Positions 1 to 13,862 of a stretch of 64,000 nucleotides of DNA are shown in pieces; the stretch's first letter is position 1; each line of letters starts with the position of its first letter. The DNA comes from Eledone cirrhosa (lineage: Eukaryota): contig OZ024760.1 of NCBI GenBank assembly GCA_964016885.1, forward strand, positions 17,484,001-17,548,000. The letters are read 5' to 3'. The notes beneath the pieces were generated by a model that saw only the letters and a list, made by a program, of their open reading frames with translations, was not told the DNA's origin and searched no databases. Both the position numbers and the translations under genes were made by a program.

Positions 1-622
1 GTCTATCTAGTGAACACTAGTCTATCCAGTAAACACTGGTCTATCCAGTAAACACTGACCTATCCAGTAAACACTGGTCTATCTAGTGAACACTGGTCTA
101 TCCAGAGAACACTGACCTATCCAGTAAACACTGACCTACTAGTGAACACTGGTCTATCCAGAGAACACTGACCTATCCAGTAAACACTGGTCTATCTAGT
201 GAACACTAGTCTATCCAGAGAACACTGACCTATCCAGAGAACACTGACCTATCCAGTAAACACTGGTCTATCTAGTGAACACTAGTCTATCCAGAGAACA
301 CTGACCTATCCAGTAAACACTGACCTATCCAGAGAACACTGACCTATCCAGTAAACACTGGTCTATCTAGTGAACACTAGTCTATCCAGTAAACACTGGT
401 CTATCTAGTGAACACTAGTCTATCCAATAAACACTAGTCTATCTAGTGAACACTGGTCTATCCAGTGAACACTGGTCTATCCAGTGAACACTGGTCTATC
501 CAGTGAACACTGGTCTATCCAGTGAACACTGGTCTATCTAGTGAACACTGGTCTATCTAGTGAACACTAGTCTATCTAGTGAACACTAGTCTATCTAGTG
601 AACACTAGTCTATCTAGTGAAC
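1..622. repeat. 19-bp tandem minisatellite (GTCTATCCAGTGAACACTG variants), intronic in NPEPPS; runs off the left edge
   Basis: Direct reading of about 32 near-identical 19-mers. Confidence 0.95.
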
Positions 623-825
623 ATTACTACTGGCCTAACCTATAAATATATCTCCAAACCAGTTAAGTGAAAATATCCAGTGACCATTTTTACATCTAAT
701 TTAATCTGACTAATTCTCTTCTCATTACATCATTATTCCCACTTCCCATGCCCCCAAAATTGTTGTCTTTGTGCCTAAATCAGAAACAATTGTCATTATA
801 CTCCTATATTTTTGTCAGTTTCCTC

Positions 826-2326
826 TGAGAAAGACATATCTAACTTACCAAGGCAAAGAGATCACACTGTAGGGCCCTTCCCCTGCCCCCATGAGAAAGA
901 CATATCTAACTTACCAAAGCAAAGAGATCACTCTGTAGGGCCCTTCCCCTGCCCCCATGAGAAAGACATATCTAACTTACCAAAGCAAAGAGATCACTCT
1001 GTAGGGCCCTTCCCCTGCCCCCATGAGAAAGACATATCTAACTTACCAAAGCAAAGAGATCGCTCTGTAGGGCCCTTCCCCTGCCCCCATGAGAAAGACA
1101 TATCTAACTTACCAAAGCAAAGAGATCACTCTGTAGGGCCCTTCCCCTGCCCCCATGAGAAAGACATATCTAACTTACCAAGGCAAAGAGATCACTCTGT
1201 AGGGCCCTTCCCCTGCCCCCATGAGAAAGACATATCTAACTTACCAAAGCAAAGAGATCGCTCTGTAGGGCCCTTCCCCTGCCCCCATGAGAAAGACATA
1301 TCTAACTTACCAAAGCAAAGAGATCACTCTGTAGGGCCCTTCCCCTGCCCCCATGAGAAAGACATATCTAACTTACCAAAGCAAAGAGATCACTCTGTAG
1401 GGCCCTTCCCCTGCCCCCATGAGAAAGACATATCTAACTTACCAAGGCAAAGAGATCACTCTGTAGGGCCCTTCCCCTGCCCCCATGAGAAAGACATATC
1501 TAACTTACCAAAGCAAAGAGATCACTCTGTAGGGCCCTTCCCCTGCCCCCATGAGAAAGACATATCTAACTTACCAAAGCAAAGAGATCACTCTGTAGGG
1601 CCCTTCCCCTGCCCCCATGAGAAAGACATATCTAACTTACCAAGGCAAAGAGATCACTCTGTAGGGCCCTTCCCCTGCCCCCATGAGAAAGACATATCTA
1701 ACTTACCAAAGCAAAGAGATCACTCTGTAGGGCCCTTCCCCTGCCCCCATGAGAAAGACATATCTAACTTACCAAAGCAAAGAGATCACTCTGTAGGGCC
1801 CTCCCCCTGCCCCCATGAGAAAGACATATCTAACTTACCAAAGCAAAGAGATCACTCTGTAGGGCCCTTCCCCTGCCCCCATGAGAAAGACATATCTAAC
1901 TTACCAAAGCAAAGAGATCACTCTGTAGGGCCCTTCCTTGTCCCCATGAGAAAGACATATCTAACTTACCAAGGCAAAGAGATCACTCTGTAGGGCCCTT
2001 CCCCTGCCCCCATGAGAAAGACATATCTAACTTACCAAAGCAAAGAGATCACTCTGTAGGGCCCTTCCCCTGCCCCCATGAGAAAGACATATCTAACTTA
2101 CCAAAGCAAAGAGATCACTCTGTAGAGCCCTTCCCCTGCCCCCATGAGAAAGACATATCTAACTTACCAAAGCAAAGAGATCACTCTGTAGGGCCCTTCC
2201 CCTGTCCCCATGAGAAAGACATATCTAACTTACCAAAGCAAAGAGATCACTCTGTAGGGCCCTTCCCCTGTCCCCATGAGAAAGACATATCTAACTTACC
2301 AAAGCAAAGAGATCACTCTGTAGGGC
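826..2326. repeat. 66-bp tandem array (~23 units) derived from the NPEPPS exon 14/intron junction
   Basis: Unit GAGAAAGACATATCTAACTTACCAAAGCAAAGAGATCACTCTGTAGGGCCCTTCCCCTGCCCCCAT. The rightmost unit overlaps the exon end and its GTAAGT donor. One unit is 65 bp. Confidence 0.95.
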
Positions 2327-2434
2327 TAGTCTGTTGGTTGGTGGGATGGTTCTGTCAACAATACCTTTCAACAAGGACTGCAACATGTCACTACTGTATT
2401 GAACTCGGTACACTCCAACTGAGTTGCAGTTCAA
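2300..2434 (-). CDS. NPEPPS: NPEPPS coding exon 14
   Basis: cag|[45 protein letters not shown]|gtaagt. Confidence 0.9.
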
Positions 2435-5400
2435 CTGGAATAAATAAATAACATATATTATGGTATGGACCCCAGTACTTGACTGGTATTTTTTTTTTAT
2501 ATCAACTTTAAATGGATGAATGGCAAAGTTAACCTACACACATACACATACAATATATATATACACACATACACATACATCATCATCATATCATCATCAT
2601 CATACAATATATATATATTCATATATCATCATCATCATACAATATATATATATATATACACATACAATATATATAGACACACACACAATATATATATATA
2701 CACAAACATATACAATATATATATACACAAACACATACACCCATGCTAGGTGGAAGATGGATGTTAAACAAAGATGATGATATATATACACAAACACATA
2801 ATTTATATATACATACACACAATATATATATACACACACACAATATATATATATATATATATATATATGGTGGCTGCCAACTCGTTTTCGAGTACGGCCA
2901 CTACTTTATATCCATGTAGGAGAACTCCTACCAATGTGCTGAATGAGTGTGACTTTTTAGTCCAGCCAACGACTTGGTACAAACTCTGGTACAAACACTA
3001 CACTTGTGACAATTATTGACACATAGTGCTGGACCCATGGTACCATGTGACGACAAGTGCAGAGAGATCTCCAGATATAAAGCAATGCCTGTGCCATGAA
3101 GCTTTTATAGTGAGCAATGGCACTGCACAAAGCCAGTCCCACTCTCTTAACCAAGATGATATTTACCAAAAAGAAGAACATGTCAACATCATTGGATACC
3201 ATCAGAGTTGCAGGTGTTATATCAGAGTTTTCCTTCTCCTAGAATTCTGCCTTGACAAAGGCTAAGGGGTCATCTCTCCCAGTGATTTTGGATGGCCATT
3301 GACTCTTAAGAGCTCCTTTGCCCTTTGACAGGTTTTGTTTTATTCCTGCAGGATGTCCAAAGTCACCCTCCTCACCAAGAAACCTTGGTGGGGTTGCCAG
3401 TTTAGTCGCCAACGACCCGACCATGAGACAGGTTGTACTGGGATACATGTTGCCAGTAGCACCAACTGGTGACCTGACATACATATATATATATATACAT
3501 ACAGACACAGGTATACAATATGTACTCACCAACACCCACTCATCAGTTTTGACATTATCAAGAACCACCTCCATTGTCTCTCCTTCCATCAGAACCTTCT
3601 TGAAGGGTTTCTTCAGACTTGAGGATGTTGTGATATCAATAGGTATCATCCATTTGGAAGTTTTATCTGCAGGTGAAAAAATAGTGGACCAATGCAATTA
3701 CCGTATTAAGTCAGCTTCACATTACACATGTAATTGTGTTTGTGTATATATATCGACAGTCGATCGACAAGATCCCAGACCTCATGTGCTGAATGAATGG
3801 GGTGGAGATCGTCAAATTAGACCCAGGAAACAATGTTTCCATTGGTCTTTCCAATTGCTAAGACTATCTGTCAGTTGCAACTCCAGGTAGAAGGAGCAAC
3901 GTGAAATAAAGTGTCTTGCTCAAGGACATAATGCATCACCCAGTCCGGGAATTGAAATCACAACCTCACGATTGCGAATCCAATTCTCTAACCACTCAGC
4001 CATGCGCCTTCACTGAGTATATATAGTAGTACAACAAAAATATATCCTTTGTCGCATCACTAGTCTGAGGAGCAGATCGATACTGGAGTTGGGTCCATAA
4101 CTCCTATGGGTTACCTTGAGCCAATCCTCTGCGTAACAAGTCGATATGCAATAAATATTTTTCATATGTAAACAAAACTTCCTCATTTTTTCTATTATAT
4201 ATATATATATATATAAGATAGTTTTTTGAATTGAGACAAGTATGTCTGGATTTACATTTACTGTTCATATACTATGACTTAGCAGCTTGACAAACAGAGA
4301 CCTATAAAATAAATACCAGACTTCATCATCGACTAGATTCTCTGCAAAGCGGTGCTCCAGCACGGCCATAGTCCAATGGACTGAAGTCAGTAAAAGAATA
4401 AAAGAAAATAATGACATAGAGCAGTGGTTCCCAAAGAGGGTTCTGCAAATGAGTGTCTGGGATTCCATGAAAAAAGGTAGAGGATTATATTTATATTTCG
4501 ACCATATAACAGTATTAGATTTTGGGGTTCCCCCAAAAGTTTCTGAACCAAAAAGGGTTCCACGTTTGAAAAGGTTTGGGAAACCCCGACAGAGAATGAA
4601 TTAATTCCAGTTTTTACCTTCTAATTTACCATCGGCACAGAATTTCATTTGGGTTAGGTGTAGAACACGGCGGTTATCTTCTTTGGTTTCACTCACCTGA
4701 AAAGTGGAAAACATCAAATTAACACCTCCATTGCCATATTTCTAATGAAAAACACTTGCAACATGGGCAGAAAATACTCAGATATACATTGTAGGACTCT
4801 AAATACCCAGCCACACATAATTGAGCTAGCCAAGGATATTAACCCTTTAGCATTTAAACTGGCCATAACCAGCCACCCATACTTATGTTAAGGTATTGTT
4901 CTCAAAATATATAATATCAAAATCATGTAGATTCGATACTATATGAGATAAAGTGCTTACCATGAAAATATAATAGTAAATATAGAGTAATGTAAATGCT
5001 AAAGGGTTACCCAAATACATATTGTAGGGCTAGCCTAGGACATTAAATATCCAGGTACATATAAGGCTAGCCTAGGGTACTAAATACCTAGACACACATT
5101 ATAGGACTAGTATAGGGTACTAAATACCCAGACATACATTGTACAGCTAGCATAGGGCAGTAAATGAACAAGTACCTATTGTAGGGCAGCATAGGGTATT
5201 AAATACCCATGTACACATTGTAGGACTACTCAAGAACATTAAATATCCAGGCACCAGTTCTGCCTCTGCCATCAAATCACACTTCTTCATCAAATATACA
5301 CCAACCATTCATGACAACAGGATCTTATAAATGTTATTATCTCTTAACTCATACAATTCATTCCACAAACGTTATACTGGTTCTAACCAGTGTGTTTAAC

Positions 5401-6278
5401 CCTTTAGTTACCAACCCAGCCAAAACCAGCTCTGGTTCTGTGAAATAAAGACATCCATTTCAAAAGTTTACAATTAAAATCTTCCAACATAATTCCATAT
5501 AAAAACCTTACATTAGGTTATCTTAATAATTGTTTCTACTATTGGCACAAGGCCAGCAAATATTTCAGTGCATTACTGGTACTTTATTTTATCGACCCCC
5601 GTAAGGATGAAAAGCAAAGCTAACCTCGGCGGTATTTGAACTCATAATGGCAAGGGCCGTAACTCTATATGTCAAAGCATGCCGTCTGACCCTCTACCGA
5701 TACTGCCAATTCACCACCCTTAATAATGAAATAATTAATTATTTTACTAAATCCCTCAAAATTCTTCATTACTTAATTGAAATAGAATGTATTTCATTAG
5801 ATATGTGTTATGAAAGGGTTAAGGCCATGCTGTAGCCAAATGTAGTAGTTCTTACTTTGACAACAGGGTAGCCCATTTGAGATGTCCAAGTGCTCATAAC
5901 TTTCTTGATGGGTTTGCCACTAGCACTCTCTAGAGCATCCCACAGGTCTTCAGTGGCTGCATTCTTGTACATGAATTTTGTCAGGTAAGCATTCATACCT
6001 TTTCTGAAATCCTGAAATAAAATAAAATAAAATATCATCACCATTTAACGTCCACTTTCCATGTTGTATAAAAGGCAAGATGGCATTTATGAGATTTGAA
6101 ATTTAAATACCGAAAACATAGGAACCCATTCATACCATGTGAAGCATCTTGCTCAAAAATGTTTATAGCAGTATTTCATTAGATATATATACACATTGTA
6201 CACTATAGTTGGGTATATTAGTATTTCATTTTATATATATACACTATATACTATAGTTGGGTATATTGGTATTTCATT

Positions 6279-6311
<33 letters not shown>

Positions 6312-9300
6312 TTGTACACTATAGTTGGGTATATTAGTATTTCATTTTATATATATACACTATATACTATAGTTGGGTATATTAGTATTTCATTTTATAT
6401 ATATACACTATATACTATAGTTGGGTATATTAGTATTTCATTTTATATATATACACTATATACTATAGTTGGGTATATTAGTATTTCATTTTATATATAT
6501 ACACTATATACTATAGTTGGGTATATTGGTATTTCATTTTATATATATATATATATATACACACACATTGTACACTATAGTTGGGTATATTAGTATTTCA
6601 TTTTATATATATACATATTATAAAATGTATATATATATATATACACACACACACACATTGTACACTATGGTTGGGTATATTAGTATTTCATTTCATATAT
6701 ATGTATATATATATGCACTATATACTATAGTTGGGTATATTGGTATTTCATTTGATATATACATATATACACAATATACTATAGCTGTGTATATTGATAT
6801 GTACACCAACAACTTACTTTATCTTCAATATAGTTGTGCAACATTCTGATGACCGAGGCTCCTTTACAATAAGAGATGGCATCAAAGATTTCATCGACTT
6901 CTGATGGGTGACCAACTGGAACCTGCAAATATAGGAGACAGATATAAGGATTTCTACCACACTAAGGGAGAGTCAACTCCCACCTTAACCCCACAACAGC
7001 AACTAAATCAAAGTTAGTGAACAATAATAAATCAGAACTACACCTGGGTCTTAAATATTCGTCCCCCTCCACCACTTATCAATTTTTCAGACCCATCTCC
7101 TTATTAAATTTTACTAAAAAACATTATACATGACAAAAAAAAAAGTACATTACTAGAAATCCCATACGTTATAAAATAAATAGGATGGGTCGAGAGTCTC
7201 AATATGTAAACAAAACGACTAATTCTGGTTTTTAAAAAAAAATCAATGGAGACAACCTAGAAAAATTACCGATTTTCCAGTTATACTCCAGTGGTATTAC
7301 TGGTGACCAATAACAGATCAATCAATAATATAGCTGGAACCTATAACTAGTAACCAATGAAATATAATCGAACTGTATGTTACCTCAATTGGGTGACTTG
7401 TATGTAAGGCATCAAGCTTAAGAGCAGCTGCAAGTTCAGAAGTGACAAATTGGGTCCATATTTGGAAATCTGGAAACAGTTTATCTACACACAGGTATTC
7501 AATCCAAGAAGCAAAACCTTCGTTCAGCCAAAGGTGAGTCCACCATTCCTATGGAAAAATAAAATTAAACAAAAATAAAAATTGTGAACACACAGACATA
7601 TATATGTATATATATATATATACTCCTTCGAGTTTCTGTTCTTCCCCTATCCAAACTCTCCCGAAGAAGGACTTCTATCCAAAACATCGAAACCTCCACT
7701 TCCCCCCCAAGCACAAACTTAATATAACTGTATAAAAATGTCCTCCTGTTTTGTTTGTTTATTTTTCAACTAAATGTGTGTGTGTGCGTGTGTGCACGCG
7801 TGTGTGTGTGTGTGTGTGTGTATGCCAGGTTCAATCGTTCAATCGAGGGTAACCACAGTAAGTAAGGTTCTCAATACATTAGTAGAGTGTAAACATCATG
7901 TTTAATAGAGAAAAGGCTTCTACAGGACTAGAACTGTTTCATTCAAAAGAAACCACCATGGCAGCCAACTGTCCTTGTATTTATGTTTTCTGGTGGTTGC
8001 GGAAGGTGGTACAACCGACAGTTGGTTTTCCTGATGATTTCTTTTGAATGAAACAGTTCTAGTCTTGTAGAAGCCATTTTCATCCTTACAGGGTCGATAA
8101 AATAAAGTACCAGTAATGCACTGGGTGATTGCTGGCCTTGTGCCTAAAGTAGAAACAATTATATATACAAGTATATACAGTAATTACGACACACCATGTA
8201 TACAAAGACAGAGTGAATTTAAGATATGGAATTAAGTAGTTACCATGGTGACAAGATTTCCAAACCACATGTGTGCGAGTTCATGGCCAATAACAAGAGC
8301 GACAAGCTGACGGGCTTTAGCAGAAGAATTTTCTGCATCAATAAGTAAGGTGTTTTCTCTGTATGTGACCAAACCCCAGTTCTCCATAGCACCTACAATA
8401 CAACAATACAATATATTATATTAATATACTCATACAGACATCAGGCAACAAAATGAACAAGTTACACTGAAGGCACTTATTCCAAACAAGGAAAGAGACC
8501 AACCACAACCCCAGCATCCTAACCACTAAGCCACAGACACACATCTTTACAATAAGAGAGAAAATATTTACTGATCACTAAGATAATCTGAAGAAATTGC
8601 AGTGTTTTTACTGTTACCCAAATGAGGTAGCTATGAAGGGACTTTGGAGTAACATTACTTGATAAGAGTGTGTAGTTCGGAGATCACAAAACCGCTCCAG
8701 GTAGAGCCACTACTTCTCCAAATTCAGAGATCACAGCTCCGATACTATGGGTATGTGGTTAGAATGTCCCAGGAAAGAATCACTGGACATATTTGTAGCT
8801 CGGTGATCAGAGTCATTCCAGGTAGAGCCACTACTTCTCTGAATTGACAGATCACAGCTCCGATACTATGGGGATGTGGTTAGAATGTCCCAGGAAAGAA
8901 TCACTGGACATATTTGTAGCTCGGTGATCAGAGTCATTCCAGGTAGAGCCACTACTTCTCTGAATTGACAGATCACAGCTCTGATACTATGGGGATGTGA
9001 TTAGAATGTCTCAGGAAAGAATCGCAGGACAGATTTTACTTGGAAAAAAACGAACTGACAGAAGACCCAGGGGGTGTTAGACCTTGAGCAAAATGGTTGG
9101 ATAACATACATAAGCTCAGCTAGTCTCACTTGGGAATCCATCCAGATTAATTGGAAATGGTTGCTTCTAACAATACCAACTGGAAGGAGTGTTCGAAGAC
9201 TCTGCTCCCATGTCATTCCCAGGAATAAGTAGAAGACATTTATTCTAATCGAGAAAAGAAGCCAATTGTGAACCCAGCACCTTAACCACCAAGCCGTGCA

Positions 9301-9702
9301 CACACACACACACCTTCACAATAAGGGACTTAACCACTAAGCTATCCACACACACACACCTCTTTACAATAAGAGACCTAACCATTAAGCCATGCACTCA
9401 CACCTTCACAATAAAACAGAAAATATTTACTGACCACTAAGAAAATCAGGAATTGCAATGAGATCAATTTTAGGCAGTGGGTAGGCAATGTTGAAGTAAC
9501 TTTTATAGAATGGCAGTGTTTTTACAGTTACCTGGACAAGAAATAAACAGAAAGACATCATTAACAAAGTTATTTAGATTACATTCTTAAAAAAACATGT
9601 AAACACATCTACAATAAATAGGTATGTATATATATAGAGAGACACATATATACAGTAAATATGTGTGTATATATATATAGAGACACATATGTACAGTAAA
9701 TA

Positions 9703-9758
<56 letters not shown>

Positions 9759-9805
9759 TACAGTAAATATGTGTGTATATATATAGAGACACATATATAC
9801 AGTAA

Positions 9806-9850
<45 letters not shown>

Positions 9851-9897
9851 TATATACAGTAAATATGTGTGTATATATATAGACATATATACAGCAA

Positions 9898-9930
<33 letters not shown>

Positions 9931-10035
9931 GACACATATATATACAGTAAATATGTGTGTATATATATAGAGAGACACATATATACAGTAAATGTGTGTA
10001 TATATATATAGAGACACATATATATACAGTAAATA

Positions 10036-10075
<40 letters not shown>

Positions 10076-13000
10076 TATATACAGTAAATATGTGTGTATA
10101 TATATAGAGACATATATACAGTAAATATGTGAGTATATATATACAAACATATATACAGTAAATATGTGTGTGTATATATATATATATATATACAAACACA
10201 TATACACAGTAAATGTGTGTGTGTGTATATATAAAGTGCAACAAAACAGCATCGTAATGTCTGTGCAAGAGTGAGTAAATCCTTATCAGGACTAAAAACC
10301 ACATCTCTGCTGCTGAAGTATCAAGTGATAACATTATTCAAAATTGAGTTGCAGCCATCATATTTGTATGTATGTATATATATATAAATATATACACATA
10401 CATATATATATATACACACATATATATATACATACGCATATACATATATATATATCTCCAAACACATATATATATATACACACACGTGTACATGTATGAG
10501 TATCTATCTGTACATAAGTGTGTATAGGTATGAGTATGTATATGTGCGAGTGTGTATGAGTGTGTGTATATGTATATGAGTGTGTGTATATGTATGAGTG
10601 TGTGTATATGCCTTCACAGTAAAATAACATCAAACACAAATAACATACATCTAGAGCAAACTGTCCTTGGTCCTTCTTCTCAAGTGGCGTGTAAACCCTG
10701 ACGACAACACCATCAGCATCCTTGGATTCCAGGTAGTCAAATTCACCGATTATAAAGGCCAACAAATAGGTAGACATTTTAGGGCTTCTTTCGAACTTCA
10801 TCACCTTCAATTTAGGGTCACTTTTGTGAGTTTTCTCTTCACTGACAGGCTGAAAAAGGGGGGAAGAGGAAAACAAAACAGAAGAAAAATTAGAATTACC
10901 AAAGTTCAAACCATTTTAAGCAAAACAAACATATAGGATTGTTTCTTTGTCACAGCTAGAACAAAAAGATGACGATGGTTGTCTAAAACAGACATGTCAA
11001 ACTGAAGGTCCCCTGAAAGCAACATGGGTCTCATGTGTTGTCTGAGGGCCACATACGACAACTAATTGCGCACATTACAACTAACTTTTTTTATTTTATA
11101 TTACGAACATAAAACATGCTTGCGCTGTAAAAACCTTTGTGCGAGCCGCAGGTGTGCTTGTAAAGGGCCGCATGTTTGACATGCCAGGTGTAAAACACAT
11201 AACGTAATGAGACTGTTTGCTTGCAAACGAATCAATTAATATCATTATTTGATATAAAACTCAAACGCACAAACATAAATAAATATACTAGAAATAGCAG
11301 TAAATTTTCCTCCAACTTGCCCCCACCATTTTCGGAAAATAAGACGACAGCGAGCTTGTTGGAGGTCAGATTAGTTGAAAATACAGGTAAAACCTTAATT
11401 ATTATCAATTTTATTTAGTATTATTATTGGTCAACATGCAAAACAAACTTCCTTTTGATAAGGATATATAAATCCAAATTAAGTCTTTTTTTCCATGCTA
11501 GTAAATATATATATTACATACTCAGATAAATAATGAGAAAGTTAATTATACTACTAAATCCACTGTAAATGTGGTTGGCATTAGGAAGGACATCCAGCTG
11601 TAGAAAACCAGCCAAAAACACCCCTATTTGAGCGAGACACGGTCACCCGACACAACTTGCCTCAAAACAGGACCCGTCTAACCCATGCTAGCACGGAAGA
11701 TGCTGATAATGATGAAATCCCTCCAAATTGTTAATTATTTTCAAAATGATTTGAGAATTGTAGACAGTGTGTCTTTCGTTAGACATGGCCTGGGCCAATA
11801 CTGGTTGAAAGTTATCAAAGAGTGTTTTTCATTAGAAATATAGTAATGAAAGTGTTATGGTGGCCAATTGGCAGAGTTGTAGAACATCAGATAGAATGTT
11901 TTGCAGTATTTGTTCTGGCTCTCTGCACTCTGAGTTCAAATCCTAGAGGTTAACTTTGCCTTTTCTCCTTTTGAAGTTGATAATGTCCTAGTCCAGTACT
12001 GGGATTGATTTTTCCTCTCTCTTTCTTTCTCACTTCCCTCCTGTCTCACCTTCTCTGGAAGATATTGGCTGTGTATGTCAGCATGGCGCTCATACGACTC
12101 CTTCAGGAGTTACAGGTCCATACACACATACACACATACAAACATATTGGCTGCAGCTTGGTTTCGAGAACTGTGATCCCATGACATTCTTCTGGTACAT
12201 GGGTGGCACAAACTTCTCTTTTTAGCCCTGCAAAGGGCTTAGATTACTTTCTGCATATGCTGCAGCAAAAGACAAAAAAAAAAGAACAAGCCATGCTCAC
12301 GCAACACACAAGAAAGTCATTTAGATCAAGTGATGCCTGTGCTTGCAGCTTTTTATACATACATACATAATGAAAGGATTAAAAGCAGAAGTAGATGTAA
12401 AAAAACATAGATAATAACGATAAAGAAGAAATCCTTACCATATTTGACAATCCTGTTAAATGCTTAGGAAGAACTAAAGTGATGTCAAATGTAGCTTTGA
12501 ATGATGGTTCATCCCAACAAGGAAATGCACGGCGGGCATCTGTTGACTGTGAAACAGAGGTAAAAAGAAAAGGATAAGAAATAAACTTAGTAATACAAGT
12601 AAAATTCCATTATAACAAATATCATCATCATCATTTTACGTCCGCTTTTCCCTGCTTGCGTGGGACTATTTAGCACAGCATCTCTCCATTCTTCATGGTG
12701 CTTCGTCATCTCCTCCATGAGCTTTTTCATTACAACAAATTTATTTTTATACTCTTTGAATTTTGTTATAATGGAATTTCAGTTTTAATAACAGAGAATA
12801 ATAAAAAAAAACACAGTACATATTACTATGTCGGAACTGTCCAATCTAACTCTAATTTTTTTTTTTTTTTTACAACACTTTAAATATGGTTGGTGTTAGG
12901 AAGGGCATCTAGTCATAAAAACCAAGCCAGAAACAGTTCTGTATGAGCAAGACACAGTCACCTGACGCAACTTGCCTCAAATGAGACAACTCATCTAACC

Positions 13001-13828
13001 CATGCTCGTGTGGAAAATAGACAAACTATGATGATGATGATGAACTGTACAATACTATACACAATGGGGGGAGAGGGAAACAACATTTACAACTCACACT
13101 TATATATGTTTAGCTGGGCTCCTATGTTGTTACAGTTCACACGTATACAGGTATAGCAGCTGACACCCGTGTAGGTTTAGCTGGCTTCCTACGAAGATAT
13201 ACCTTATACGAGGCTTCTTTGGAGGTTTTAGATTCAATACTATATAAGATAAAGCCTTTACTGCGAAAATACACTAGTATATATAGAGTAATGTAAATGC
13301 TAAAGGGTTAATAGGAACAAACTCTCCAAACTTCAACACTTACCTCAAACTGAGTAACAGCCAAATGAATGACCCTGCCACTTGGAACAGTATACTGACT
13401 GTGATAAAAACCTCTCATTCGATTATTGAGTTCCCCTGAAAACTCAACATGGAGGGTACCGAAACCAACCTGAAAATCAAAAAGAAGAACTGTTAGAAAT
13501 TTAGGTTAAAAATATTAAATGAACGTAAAGATATTATGTACCACACCTACCTTAACTGTCATTCCTTGCCCAGGACACACTATTGGATGTATTTTTTGTG
13601 ACACCAGCACTACCACTTTACAAGGTGGAGTGGGTGCATTTTATTGTGACACCAGCAGTACCACTTTACAAAGTGTACAGGGTATATTTTATTTAACACC
13701 AGCACTTCCACTTTACAAAGTGTACAGGGTGTATTTTATCATGACACCAGCACTACCACTTTACAGAGTGTACTGGGTGTATTTTATTGTGGGACCAGCA
13801 ACAGGAAAGATAGATGAGAGAGAGGGTA

Positions 13829-13862
<34 letters not shown>

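Noticed and set aside
812-1993. 393-aa plus-strand ORF of 22-aa repeats
   Set aside because: Stop-free frame of the 66-bp array, non-ATG start, antisense to an NPEPPS intron
826-2326. CRISPR-like appearance of this and other arrays
   Set aside because: No unique spacers, no cas genes, and a clearly eukaryotic intron-exon context
9574-10334. Y/I/H/T-rich ORFs here and at 2516-3019, 23548-24453, 45605-46015, 54072-54284
   Set aside because: Translations of (TA)n/(CA)n microsatellites
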